A DNA stretch of 63,125 bases, the filler included, from Nemertoderma westbladi (Eukaryota; Animalia; Xenacoelomorpha): the NCBI GenBank assembly GCA_032718475.1. It is 3 parts of 3 records of this genome, joined end to end, with 100 filler letters (N's around TTAATTAATTAA, not from the genome) between each part and the next. Parts side by side here need not be neighbours in the genome. Positions count along the whole stretch, not along the records: positions 21,140 to 50,468 come from JAUCBJ010008106.1; 2 more parts are not named here. One strand, 5' to 3'. A program made the translations under genes and the position numbers. Shown here piece by piece: positions 36,660-47,008 of this stretch. The notes under the pieces are model-generated. The model was given only the letters and a program-made list of their open reading frames with translations, was not told the DNA's origin and made no database searches. The stretch's first letter is position 1. Each line of letters opens with the position of its first letter.

Positions 36660-39425
36660 ATGAGGGGTGACGTCATTGGTGAACCGATGAAAATATTATT
36701 GCAAGATAATTTTGTACCGTATGCTGTCCATGCGGCCCGGAAAATTCCTTTCGCTAAAAGAGAGGAAGTTAAGGCCGAAATAGATACTTTGGTGGCAAAG
36801 GGAATAATTGAAGCTGTAGGAGATCGTCCTACAGCATGGTGCCACCCACTCGTTGTGGCTAATAAACATGATGGCAGCCTTAGAATCTGTGTCGATTTGA
36901 CTAATTTAAATCGTCAAGTAAAAAGAGTTGTTCACCCCAGTACCTCTCCCAGTGAGGTACTGGCCGAAATCCCTCCAGATTGCAATTATTTTAGCACCCT
37001 GGATGCCAAAACGGCGTATTGGCAGATCCCCTTGGCCCCAGAGGCTTGTGACCTAACGTGTTTCATAACACCATGGGGTAGATTTGTGTATAACCGTGCC
37101 CCCATGGGTTACATTAGCACGGGCGATGCGTATAATTTGCGTATTGATATGGCATTAACAGGTTTAACTGAAGAAACCTATAGACTAGTAGACGGCATGG
37201 TTCTGGCTAGTAGTAATTTTAAAACTCACATAAATTTAGTATGTGATATTCTAGAACGATGCACAAAATTTGATATTACAATAAATCCAAAGAAATTCAA
37301 GTTGGGGCATGATGAAGTGAAATTCGGTGGTTATTTAATATCGGCTAATGGTATAAAAGCCGACCCTGACAAGGTCAGTGCTATAGCAGACTTCCCATCC
37401 CCTACTAATAGGATGGAGCTCAGATCTTTCTTAGGTTTAGTTCAACAGCTATCACAATTTACTCCAAAAATTAGTGCAATGGCTAGTCCACTACGTGATA
37501 TATTGAAAGTAAAGAATGTGTTTATTTGGACCCCGGTGCACGAGATTGCTTTCAAAAACGTTAAGTTAGCTCTTGTGACACCCCCTGTGTTAGCGAATTT
37601 TGATAAAACGGCAGAGATTAAACTGGAAACGGACGCCGCAAAGAAAAATGGCGGTCTAGGTTTTTCGCTTTTGCAAAAACGTAAAACAGATGACGACTTT
37701 AGATTGGTCCAATGCGGGTCCCGATTTTTGCGAGATTGCGAGACTCGATATGCTGTTATTGAACTTGAATGTCTTGGGATACAATGGGCAATAAACAAAT
37801 GTCGGTTGTATCTACAGGGTTTACAGCATTTTACTGTGGTAGTAGACCACTGCCCTTTACTTCCTATTATGAATAAATACACCTACGACATGATCGACAA
37901 TGTTAGAATATTGAACTACAAAATGAAATTGTCTGCTTACAATTATACTCTTGAGTGGAAAAAAGGCAAAGATAATTGTATTGCAGATGCATTATCCAGG
38001 GCCCCAGTTTTCGACCCACACAGTGATGACGTCGACGATGACGAATTCCCAGTAGATGTGGCCGCAGCTGTGTTTCAAACAGCTGTTGACAACATTAATG
38101 ATGAATTTTCCAAACCAAAGAAAGAAAATAAATATTATAAAGACCCAATTCTAGAACAATTAAAGATTGTTGCTAGAGAGGATAGTGATTATCAAGTATT
38201 GATAAATGCGATTGAGAAAGATTTTCAAACACCTGAAAGTGATAATTGTTTCGTGCAGCAAGTAAAAAAAATGTGGAGTGAGTTATCAGTTGAGGACGGC
38301 CTGGTCCTTAAAGGTCAACGTATAATAATTCCAAAGGCTGCTAGGGCTGATGTTTTGAAACGCCTACATTCCTCTCATCAGGGAATAGAGCGTACGAAAC
38401 GACGGGCGCGACAATCGGTTTATTGGCCCGGAATTGATAATGAAATCAAACAAACTGTAGAATCATGTGAAAATTGTCAATATTGGTTGCCTAGCAACGT
38501 CAAAGAGCCCTTAGTATCAGAGCCTATCCCCTCCAGAATTTTTGAGTCCGTTTCAGCGGATCTATTTTACTTCGGGGGTAAAACGTATCTAGCCTATGTC
38601 GATAGGCTATCAGGCTTTCCATTTGTCACGCAATGGCGTGATGATCCTACTTCTTCGCAGGTTGTGACGAAGATTCGTGATTATTTTATATTAACGGGAG
38701 TACCTGTCCGTATACGGACAGATGGCGGGCCTCAATTTGACTCGAAAGTTTTCCGAGATTTTCTTTCACGTTGGAATGTGGAATTGGTACTATCCTCTCC
38801 CGAATATAGTCAATCAAATGGCCACGCCGAAGTAACGGTGCGGATATTAAAGCAACTTGTCGGAAAGGCCGATGCTGGAAGAATCGATACCGACAAATTC
38901 CTCCAAGCACTATTAGAACTTAGGAATACCCCACGGGAGGACGGCCGTTCTCCTAGTGAAATCGTATATGGTCATCCAATGCGATCCAGCGTGCCAATGC
39001 ACCACCGTGCCTTCGATAAAAATTGGCAGGTAAATGCTGACAAAGCAGACGAAACTGCATGGCGGGCGTCGAAGTTTGCCAAACTTCGTTATGATCGCAC
39101 GGCAAGAACTCTATCAGAACTTGAGGTTGGGACTAATGTCCTTATTCAAAACAAACGGTCAAAACGATGGTCGAGGACTGGTGTGATAGTGGAGAAGGGA
39201 CAACACCGGGACTATCAAGTCAAACTCCCATCCGGTCGCATATTACGCCGCAACCGTCGTTTCTTGCGTCGCCGAGTCGAATCAGCGATTCCTTCACATC
39301 ACGAGATACTCACACCTCCAGATCCAGTATCACCTGTAAAACGTGTTAATACTCGTTCGATTCTTAAACCTATTTTACGGCGCAGTTGCAGAGAGAGAAA
39401 ATCCGTGGTTAGATTCAAAGTTTAG
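36660..39425 (+). CDS. pol: Pol: RT, RNase H, integrase (RT catalytic DD reads DG)
   Basis: LRICVDLTNLN, STLDAKTAYWQIPL, LVDG; ETDA, ELE, DHCPL, ADALSR; HSSH...CENC; SADLF, TDGGPQF, NGHAE. Confidence 0.9.
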   Translation: MRGDVIGEPMKILLQDNFVPYAVHAARKIPFAKREEVKAEIDTLVAKGIIEAVGDRPTAWCHPLVVANKHDGSLRICVDLTNLNRQVKRVVHPSTSPSEVLAEIPPDCNYFSTLDAKTAYWQIPLAPEACDLTCFITPWGRFVYNRAPMGYISTGDAYNLRIDMALTGLTEETYRLVDGMVLASSNFKTHINLVCDILERCTKFDITINPKKFKLGHDEVKFGGYLISANGIKADPDKVSAIADFPSPTNRMELRSFLGLVQQLSQFTPKISAMASPLRDILKVKNVFIWTPVHEIAFKNVKLALVTPPVLANFDKTAEIKLETDAAKKNGGLGFSLLQKRKTDDDFRLVQCGSRFLRDCETRYAVIELECLGIQWAINKCRLYLQGLQHFTVVVDHCPLLPIMNKYTYDMIDNVRILNYKMKLSAYNYTLEWKKGKDNCIADALSRAPVFDPHSDDVDDDEFPVDVAAAVFQTAVDNINDEFSKPKKENKYYKDPILEQLKIVAREDSDYQVLINAIEKDFQTPESDNCFVQQVKKMWSELSVEDGLVLKGQRIIIPKAARADVLKRLHSSHQGIERTKRRARQSVYWPGIDNEIKQTVESCENCQYWLPSNVKEPLVSEPIPSRIFESVSADLFYFGGKTYLAYVDRLSGFPFVTQWRDDPTSSQVVTKIRDYFILTGVPVRIRTDGGPQFDSKVFRDFLSRWNVELVLSSPEYSQSNGHAEVTVRILKQLVGKADAGRIDTDKFLQALLELRNTPREDGRSPSEIVYGHPMRSSVPMHHRAFDKNWQVNADKADETAWRASKFAKLRYDRTARTLSELEVGTNVLIQNKRSKRWSRTGVIVEKGQHRDYQVKLPSGRILRRNRRFLRRRVESAIPSHHEILTPPDPVSPVKRVNTRSILKPILRRSCRERKSVVRFKV

Positions 39426-41289
39426 TTTCAGTTTCAAACTGATGTTTTAAACTCAGAAAGAAAAGAAGGTGATGGGATCTGTACTGTAGTTATCTATATA
39501 CTGTTACTACTGGTAATTCATCAGTGTTGTGTTATGGACTGACTCTCTTCTACCGGTACCTGTTGTGTTGTGTTGAGGCTGGAAATATATGGCTTAGGGC
39601 TATTAAGTACTGAAGTACCTACCGTTTATTCTAGTAACGAATAGAACATATGGCATTTCTGTTATTTGTATAATTAGTAATTAACCTTATATACGATACC
39701 ATATATGTTAAACAAACTACCCCTGCCTAACCAATCAAGACACAAAGACTGCTCTACTATTAAACAGGGGTAATCAGGAGCGTGTTATTATTAAGGTAGG
39801 GCCGCTAAATACAAAACCGCTACTCACCGTTAGATGGCGCTAACCTGCCGTCCACTAATATATTTTACTAATTTTCTACGGCATCTGCTAATTACTTGTT
39901 CCTTTCTCTACCGATTGCTCGATAGAGAGCTAACTGTTCGAATATATGAGCCACGCGGGAATAACCAAAACAATAACCCGAATCGGCTCCCTAATCTGAC
40001 TTAAAACAAGTGTGAGAGGCTTTACACTCAGAGTGTATTCTTACGGCCTAATCTTGCTGCTAGAACGCGCTAATAATTACGTCTTTTCTAATCTAATCTA
40101 ATCGCAAATACTGGGGTTCCCTAACGGAATGTGTGAATGTGAGAATATTTAAACAATCAAAAAATCGGTACAGTTTTTTTTTTATTATTAGGGCTAATAC
40201 CTACTGTGGGACCAAACTTGCCTTCGGCTGGCTTTAGGCCAGCAATTTACTAATGCGAGCTGTATACTGTATACTACGATCTGACTTATTGCCCGCTAAT
40301 TCAAATAACCGCCCAGCGTGAATAGTGTACGGTACTCTAAATTATTACCTTAACTACTCTCCGCTATGCTGCGTACAAATTCTTAATTTTACTAATTAAT
40401 TACAGTCACAAATATGCAACAGCGTACTAATTACTAAGTGTTCCAGAAAGCGCAATTCTAATTTATTACGCAACGGGTTGCACTAGTAACAGTCTAATTA
40501 CCGTATTATTTTCGACCTAATCAGTAATTATTTATAGTAAACTAAGAAATAGAAATCAATCAAAGGGAAAAGAGCACCTATCTAAGCATTCGTGATTTAT
40601 TAGGCACACTTTAGTGACACACCAATCAGCATAACAACCTATAGTTCACAACTCGCAATCTACAGTTCGCAGGTTGTTTGCGACGTAGCCTACAGTTTAG
40701 CTCGCAATGTAAAGCACGCAGGCCTCTCCCGGGTACATCTAGGCTTCCTAACTAACCCAATTCCTGCCCCCCCTAATACTACAAAATAGAGACAAAATCT
40801 GGATTATCAACCCCTAATTACTGTACCAGCGAGCGGCCCTTCGCTCTACACTGCAACTCCCCAACCGCAACAGTGACCTCCCTGCCAGCGTCGCCTGCCT
40901 TTGAATCATCCGCACTCTCTTTGTTGCTAACCCCCCAATGCGCCCGCCGCACCTACCGATAACTTAGCCCCCCATTAGAATGAATAGCTACCGCAACGGC
41001 GCATGCAAATCACAAAGTCTGACAGTCTAAGAAATCCCGTAGGATTATTGCATCGAAAAGGAATCACATAGAACCATTAACTAAAGGGTAGAAATCATAG
41101 TTCCAGTTGTAATTAACAGTAATCATTGGGATTGATTGAGAAACACAAGCAAGAATCAGCAAAGATTACAAATTAGCGAATCATTGCAAGAAATAATCGA
41201 AAGGTAGAAATTACACAGAAAATGCTAAACTACTAAACTGCACAGCAAGTACTACAGAAGCACATACTACAGAAAAGGTAAGGTAAGGA

Positions 41290-41420
41290 ATAAGGAATAT
41301 TATGGTACCGGCAAAACGCCAATTTATAGGTGATTCAAGAGGGATGATGCAATCGCTCTCTCATTGGCTCCCCAATCCGCCCTAACATTGGACCAACCTA
41401 GAGGCAGCTAGGCCAATAAG
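41290..41420 (-). promoter_or_regulatory. Pol II promoter: CCAAT boxes, TATAAAT, initiator-like TTATTC
   Basis: CCAAT/ATTGG x4 in 41363-41416; TATAAAT on the minus strand at ~41321-41327; pyrimidine initiator-like sequence about 30 nt downstream. Confidence 0.5.
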
Positions 41421-42147
41421 GAAGCCGGATTGTGAACCTATCGCTCCCAGAAATCACAAATCATCACCATATAAGGTAATTTTGCCGATGCTTAATTTAG
41501 CGGTACTAATAATATGATGCACAAACATTAATTTAGCGCAATTTATAGAGAAAATTAAAACCAGTAGCTAGCCCCATCAAGGCTAATAACAGCAAGCCCA
41601 CATCCAGGGTCCAAACAGGAAACTTGCTAACCTGGAACTATCTACTTATATCTTATTACAAATTACATAGGTAGGGCTACATACTATACAAAATGGACGA
41701 ATTCAAATATATGGGCGTTTTATTTTCCTTATCTAAATGTCATTGCGCGTTATTATGTCTTATCTAAATAATTATACTGCATAACGGCTAATATATTATA
41801 CTGTATAACGGACTAATATATGTACAGCACCATATACCGTAACACCGCTCCAAGGGAAATCAGGCAATGTTTCCCTCCACTTGTAGAAGAGTATAAGGCG
41901 ATGTATACAAAACAAAATAAATTCGCTTTCAAATAATCTAAATGACTTGATACTATAATAATTCTACTATTTACAAATATTGCTATAGATATTGCATAAT
42001 GAATTGCATACAAATTAAATTTACAAAATATTATCTCTTTCAATGTTAACGATTATTACATACAAATTAAATTTACAAAAATACTGCTTTCCCATTCGTT
42101 CTACATAATGATTACTACATACAAATTAAATTTACAAAAATATTACT

Positions 42148-42724
42148 TCCTTTATAAAACTAACGTATAGAAGGTGTTTCCTTTATAAACTAACGTATAT
42201 AAGGTGTTTCCTTTATAAACTAACGTATAAAAGGTGTTTCCTTTATAAACTAACGTATATAAGGTGTTTCCTTTATAAACTAACGTATATAAGGTGTTTC
42301 CTTTATAAACTAACGTATAAAAGGTGTTTCCTTTATAAACTAACGTATAGAAGGTGTTTCCTTTATAAACTAACGTATAGAAGGTGTTTCCTTTATAAAC
42401 AAAACGTATATAAGGTGTTTCCTTTATAAACTAACGTATATAAGGTGTTTCCTTTATAAACTAACGTATAAAAGGTGTTTCCTTTATAAACTAACGTATA
42501 GAAGGTGTTTCCTTTATAAACTAACGTATATAAGGTGTTTCCTTTATAAACTAACGTATAGAAGGTGTTTCCTTTATAAACTTACGTATAGAAGGTGTTT
42601 CCTTTATAAACTAACATATATAAGGTGTTTCCTTTATAAACTAACGTATATAAGGTGTTTCCTTTATAAACTAACGTATATAAGATGTTTCCGTTATAAA
42701 CTAACGTATAGAAAGTGTTTCCTT
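42148..42724. repeat. 30-bp tandem repeat CTTTATAAACTAACGTATA(G/T/A)AAGGTGTTTC, ~19 copies
   Basis: Direct tandem array within the putative U3. Confidence 0.95.
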
Positions 42725-43119
42725 TTGTTGCCGTTATCCCTACACCAGGGGGGAAAAACGCCGATGCTGGAGACATGACTTAACAGACCACCGAGCCCCG
42801 GCCAGTCACCGGATATTGATTGTGGGGAGGGAATATTTTCTGAGATGCAGGGTTGCGGTTGAGAAAAAGCTGCATTAGTTGGATATACTATTTAATGTAA
42901 CTGAACTCTGTTGAACCTTGTTCAACAATATTGAACCTTGATTAAGAATAATTTTGGGCTTCCCCAAATCAATATACACCAAATATTCACAATAATTATA
43001 CACGATAATATAAATCCCTACGGTATATTATTTAATAACCCACTGTTCGCTCAGAATTTTAGCCTACCTAATGTTCCCAGATTTTCCCTCAGTCCCAGTC
43101 TTAGTGCCGTAGTGTCGGT

Positions 43120-43935
43120 GTCGGTCGACCCTGTCGCGTGTCCGTTCCACCCCTCACGAACCCCGAAGGGAACGATCATCGAGAACCAGCACGGCTTGGC
43201 TAATGGTCGGTCCAGTCGGTAGACTCTGTCGCGTATCCGTACCACCCCTCTCGAACCCCGAAGGGTTCGGTCATCGAGAACCAGTACGGCTTGGCTAGGA
43301 GTCTGTCGTGTCGGTGGACCCGTTCGCGTGTCCGTTCCACCCCTCACGAACCCCGAAGGGTTCGATCATCGAGAACCAGAACGGCTTGGCTAGGGGTCCG
43401 TCGGTTCATCACAGAAACCCAACCACCTAGGCTTTCCGAGTCCGTTTCAGGCTCGTAGTCGCTTCGGCAGCCGAGAAACTGCTCCGAACAGTCGGTAGGC
43501 CAGTAGAGTCTAGTCGAGTCTAGTCCTTTGTCTTTCGACCCCGTCGCAAATCCCAGTACAAGCAGTCAGCGTTCCGAGTTCTTTTCAGTCTCGTAGTAGC
43601 TGCCGTTGACCAGAGACCGCTAAGGGCAGTTCTCGTCAAACCCGTCTTGTGGCCAGCCCTTTCGCATGTCCGTCCCACCCCTCGCGAACCCCGAAGGGAT
43701 CGGTCATCGAGAACCAGTACGGCTTAGGTCAGGGGGCAGTCGTTAGTTGGCCGCCCGTTCGCGTGTCCGCTCCACCCCTCACGAACCCCGGGGTTCGATC
43801 ATCGAGAACCAGAACGGCTTGGCTACTAAGGGGCCGTCGGTGCCCGTCGCAAATCCCTGACACAAGCAGTCAGCGGTCCGAGTTCTTTTCAGTCTCGTAA
43901 TGGCTGCTGTTGGCCAGGGACCGCTAAGGGCAGTC
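43120..43935 (-). ncRNA. Array of structured RNA hairpins: 5 type A (kink-turn, UUCG-capped), 2 type B, 1 type C
   Basis: Units of ~90 nt with compensatory base changes in their stems. G-U wobbles and the C(UUCG)G loop favour the minus (element-sense) strand. Confidence 0.65.
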
Positions 43936-44407
43936 CTTGTCCTTTAGGCCTGGCGCATTACCAAATCCACCCCTACAGGCAGCAGGAAGTTGGCCAGGGC
44001 CTAATAGTACTCAGGCTAACCTGAATACTGCTTGCATTTTCCATCCCCCCTGGCCCTTACAACTATGAAATTATTCCCGTACCCTGTAAGTTGCCCCAAA
44101 GTTCGCCCATAAATCGCCCCCAGTTTATTGAATGTGCCCAAAACCCATGGTCCCGCACCCAGTAGTAATATCGGAATAATCAATTTTAATAAAATACAAA
44201 AATATTCAACTCGCGTTATGTAAAGTTGAAATACCGCGAACAGTCCCCCCCAATGACCTTCGTGAAGTCTGTCGGTAGATTGAGTTTGCGTAGGTCATTC
44301 CCAATATAAAAAACCCAAATTTAATATTGCATAGTTTTTAATTAATTTGGCCTAGAGTTTGTATAAAAATAAATGTTCGATAAATGTTCCTGGAATATCC
44401 CAATCCA

Positions 44408-47008
44408 CTATTTCTTTTTCTGATACGCCTTTCGTCTCTTCGCCCGTCGACTCTCATCGATCGCTATGGCTGGTAGAGGAGCGTCAACATCCATCGTGAG
44501 TAACGCTTCGGCTTGTCTCCTGGCGGCTCTTCCTTTCGAAGGCATCGGGATCATGTCGGTTCGTCTTTCCAACTCGGAGTTGCGAGCCTCGAGGAACCAC
44601 TCTCCGTCACCGAACTCTTCTTTATATGAGTATAATTGTCTAATGACTTCGAATGGGCCGAATAATCCGGCGCTCAGTAGCAGATCCACGTAATGGAAAG
44701 GTAGCGTGGCCGTCGTGTGGAGGCGTTCCGGGAAGGAGAAATATCCGCGCGCCATCTCCTGCGCGATATTCCGAGCGTTTCTCCGAACCTTGGTCCTTAA
44801 GTGGCTGTTTGCGTATGTCTCAAACATGACCATATTGCCCATAGCGGTAACGTCTTTGGTTGGACATTTGATATAGCAGCGGGGGCTAGCGGAATGTCCA
44901 CGGAAACCGCACGTGGTGCAGAGGTTATAAAGGATCGGACAGACCGAAACGTCGTGGCCCGATATCGCGCAGTATGGGCAATAGAGTATCCCGAGGAGCT
45001 GGAGGCAAGAATCGGTAACCCGATTCCTTCTGCCGCGTGGGCACTGCTCCGAGCCGCAGTCGCCGCATACCTCCAACTGCATTTCTCGACCGGGGAATAT
45101 CGGAATCGGGACGCCGACGTAGTATTCGAGTCGTCGGTCGCTCTTCGGAATATTCTCGGTGGTCGGTAGCCCGCGGAATGCTAGGCTTTTGCGTAGTATG
45201 TTCTCGCTCCGATAACCCTCTTTGTGTCCCGCTGGTCTCAACTCGGATGACCGTTTCTGGCGGTGGATCCATTCAGTTTGCTCGGCGTACCAACGGGTTA
45301 GTCGCATAGGGTCCTGAGGAACGGCGGGTGTAGTAGCCACCGCTGGTCGGCGAAGAGGTGCCGGGGTTTTCGACGGAGGGATACCGAGGAGATCGTCGGG
45401 GGTCGGCGCATCGCTGGGGCCCTCCTCGACCAGTATCGCTGAGCGGGTCCGTTGTTGGCTGGTACTCGGAATCTCCGACGACCAATCTTCGCCGCCCGGG
45501 AAAGGATACGGGGATAACCGTTGGCATATGTCGCCGAAGTCGCTCAATGCAGCTGTAGTGGCTACCTCTCTCGCGGGGCTACCGGAGCCGCGTGGGGTGT
45601 AGACGCCTGCTCTCTTCATCGGTTCGGCCGAGGCAACCCGTTTGGCGGCCGGTCCGTACGCGGCCTCCGGCTCGAGTTGTCGCTTCGGGGTGGAGAGTAG
45701 AACACCCTCGTTTAGCCATATCTCTTCCCCTTCCGAAGAGATCAGAGGCTCCTCCGCACCGAGAAGCTCGGTAATCGTAGGGATATCGTAAGGTCCGCTC
45801 TCGTCCCAGGATTCGATAACGGCGGGCGTTTTCGATTCTCCCGGTGTAATGTTCTCGACCGCTTTAAACGCGTGGTTTATAACCTCATTCCAGTCGTAGT
45901 CGACGAAGGAAAGGGGAACCGCCGTGATGAGGTTATCTAGAGCCTTGCAGATAAACTTAGCGACGGTGTAGCATTCCATAACGACGTAGATATAGCTCCG
46001 TCGATCGGGATTCTCCCACCTTTGGTGTATCGTCCACTTCCGATCGACGTCCTTCCATCGACCCTCTCGCTCGCTCTTTATCTCTAATCCCGGGTATCCG
46101 CCGTATATTTTATTATAGTCCCGGAATTTCTGGGGTTTGAAGTCGATACCGCCGTTGAGCACAGCGAGGTAGCCGATCCCGGATTTCGTCGGTCTCACTT
46201 CTTGGAATCCTCGCATGAACTCGGCGAATCGTAACCAGGCTAGCAGCGTTTGAGTGTCGATGCAATGGCTAAGTGCGTTGAGGTCGTTTCGTCGGTTTCT
46301 TCCTGCGGGAGCGTTCGCGTAGTCGTTCCGGACGTCCGCCTTGATATCCGACCCGATTTTAATGACGTCGAAGTCGAAGAGGATCTTTTGGATATCCGGA
46401 GGCAGCAACCAGATCGCTCCGGCTGCCTGCACTTCCTGTCTGGGTGTCGGGAATATTCGGCACACCAGTACCAAACCGTCCAGGGTTCTGAGGACGACGA
46501 CTAAGGATCGACCGTATTCTTTCGCCCCGTACTTTTCCTGGTAGTCGTCGCGGTTTTGGATAATCGATACGCGTTCCTCTCGAAGCGTCGCCGTACACTC
46601 CGACAGGTTTCCCCAGTGGGCGAGGTACGTACTCTTGTCGTCGACGAAACTTTGACATCTCGCCAACATAATCGCTTTCGAGGTGGGCGTCGCGTTTCCC
46701 TCGTTGTCGTAGATCAAACATCGGGATCTGTAGACGCTCTGCCGGAACGTTTCCCAAAACGACGAATCGTCCCCTCCGGTTGCCTTTGCGTTCCGAGTTC
46801 TTTTCAGTCTCGTACTAGCATCGGCTAACCGGAGGGCTCGTAGATTCTTAGAATCCGGTCCCTCTCGCCCGGTGAATTTAACGTCTCGTACGTTCTCATT
46901 TAGCAGAGTGCTCCAATTTGTATCAAAGTCAGGGGATCCAGGTTGCGAATATTCCAGTAGATCTATCGTGTTACGTAATTCGCCGATAATTTGGCGATTT
47001 GGGTCCAT
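44408..47008 (-). CDS. 866-aa accessory protein: DEDDy (WRN/EXD/RNase D-like) 3'-5' exonuclease fold, disordered linker, CCHC zinc knuckles, basic tail
   Basis: Exo I-like LIYDNEG; SLVVVLRTLDGLVLVCRI; LPPDIQKILFDFDVIKIGSDIKAD (Exo II); CIDTQTL; KSGIGYLA; RWE...YIYVVME (Exo III, D to E). CPYCAISGHDVSVCP...CTTCGFRGH...C. C-terminal RRAKRRKAYQKKK. The ORF is uninterrupted. Confidence 0.7.
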   Translation of the reverse strand: MDPNRQIIGELRNTIDLLEYSQPGSPDFDTNWSTLLNENVRDVKFTGREGPDSKNLRALRLADASTRLKRTRNAKATGGDDSSFWETFRQSVYRSRCLIYDNEGNATPTSKAIMLARCQSFVDDKSTYLAHWGNLSECTATLREERVSIIQNRDDYQEKYGAKEYGRSLVVVLRTLDGLVLVCRIFPTPRQEVQAAGAIWLLPPDIQKILFDFDVIKIGSDIKADVRNDYANAPAGRNRRNDLNALSHCIDTQTLLAWLRFAEFMRGFQEVRPTKSGIGYLAVLNGGIDFKPQKFRDYNKIYGGYPGLEIKSEREGRWKDVDRKWTIHQRWENPDRRSYIYVVMECYTVAKFICKALDNLITAVPLSFVDYDWNEVINHAFKAVENITPGESKTPAVIESWDESGPYDIPTITELLGAEEPLISSEGEEIWLNEGVLLSTPKRQLEPEAAYGPAAKRVASAEPMKRAGVYTPRGSGSPAREVATTAALSDFGDICQRLSPYPFPGGEDWSSEIPSTSQQRTRSAILVEEGPSDAPTPDDLLGIPPSKTPAPLRRPAVATTPAVPQDPMRLTRWYAEQTEWIHRQKRSSELRPAGHKEGYRSENILRKSLAFRGLPTTENIPKSDRRLEYYVGVPIPIFPGREMQLEVCGDCGSEQCPRGRRNRVTDSCLQLLGILYCPYCAISGHDVSVCPILYNLCTTCGFRGHSASPRCYIKCPTKDVTAMGNMVMFETYANSHLRTKVRRNARNIAQEMARGYFSFPERLHTTATLPFHYVDLLLSAGLFGPFEVIRQLYSYKEEFGDGEWFLEARNSELERRTDMIPMPSKGRAARRQAEALLTMDVDAPLPAIAIDESRRAKRRKAYQKKK

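Larger units (their letters stand above)
32504..39648 (+). mobile_element. Ty3/Gypsy LTR retrotransposon, Mag-like
   Basis: 179-bp LTRs TG...CA at 32504-32682 and 39470-39648 (one substitution seen). PBS TGGCGCTGCGAGTAGG at 32683 (tRNA-Ser-like). PPT AGAAAGAAAAGAAGG. Order gag-PR-RT-RH-IN. Confidence 0.93.
39706..42785 (-). repeat. Candidate 3' LTR of the BEL/Pao element (~3.1 kb)
   Basis: Bounded by the inverted termini TGTTAA/TTAACA. Preceded on the minus strand by G-rich GGCCGGGGCTCGGTGGTC. Contains a minus-strand TATA box, CCAAT boxes and AATAAA. The partner LTR is not in the window. Confidence 0.45.

Noticed and set aside
43120-43935. Hammerhead ribozymes or SECIS elements
   Set aside because: Type A has CGAUGA rather than CUGANGA and no GAAA. 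The upper stem is too short and lacks the apical AAR of SECIS, and the upstream ORF has no in-frame UGA.
44408-47008. Envelope gene
   Set aside because: No signal peptide and no transmembrane segment.
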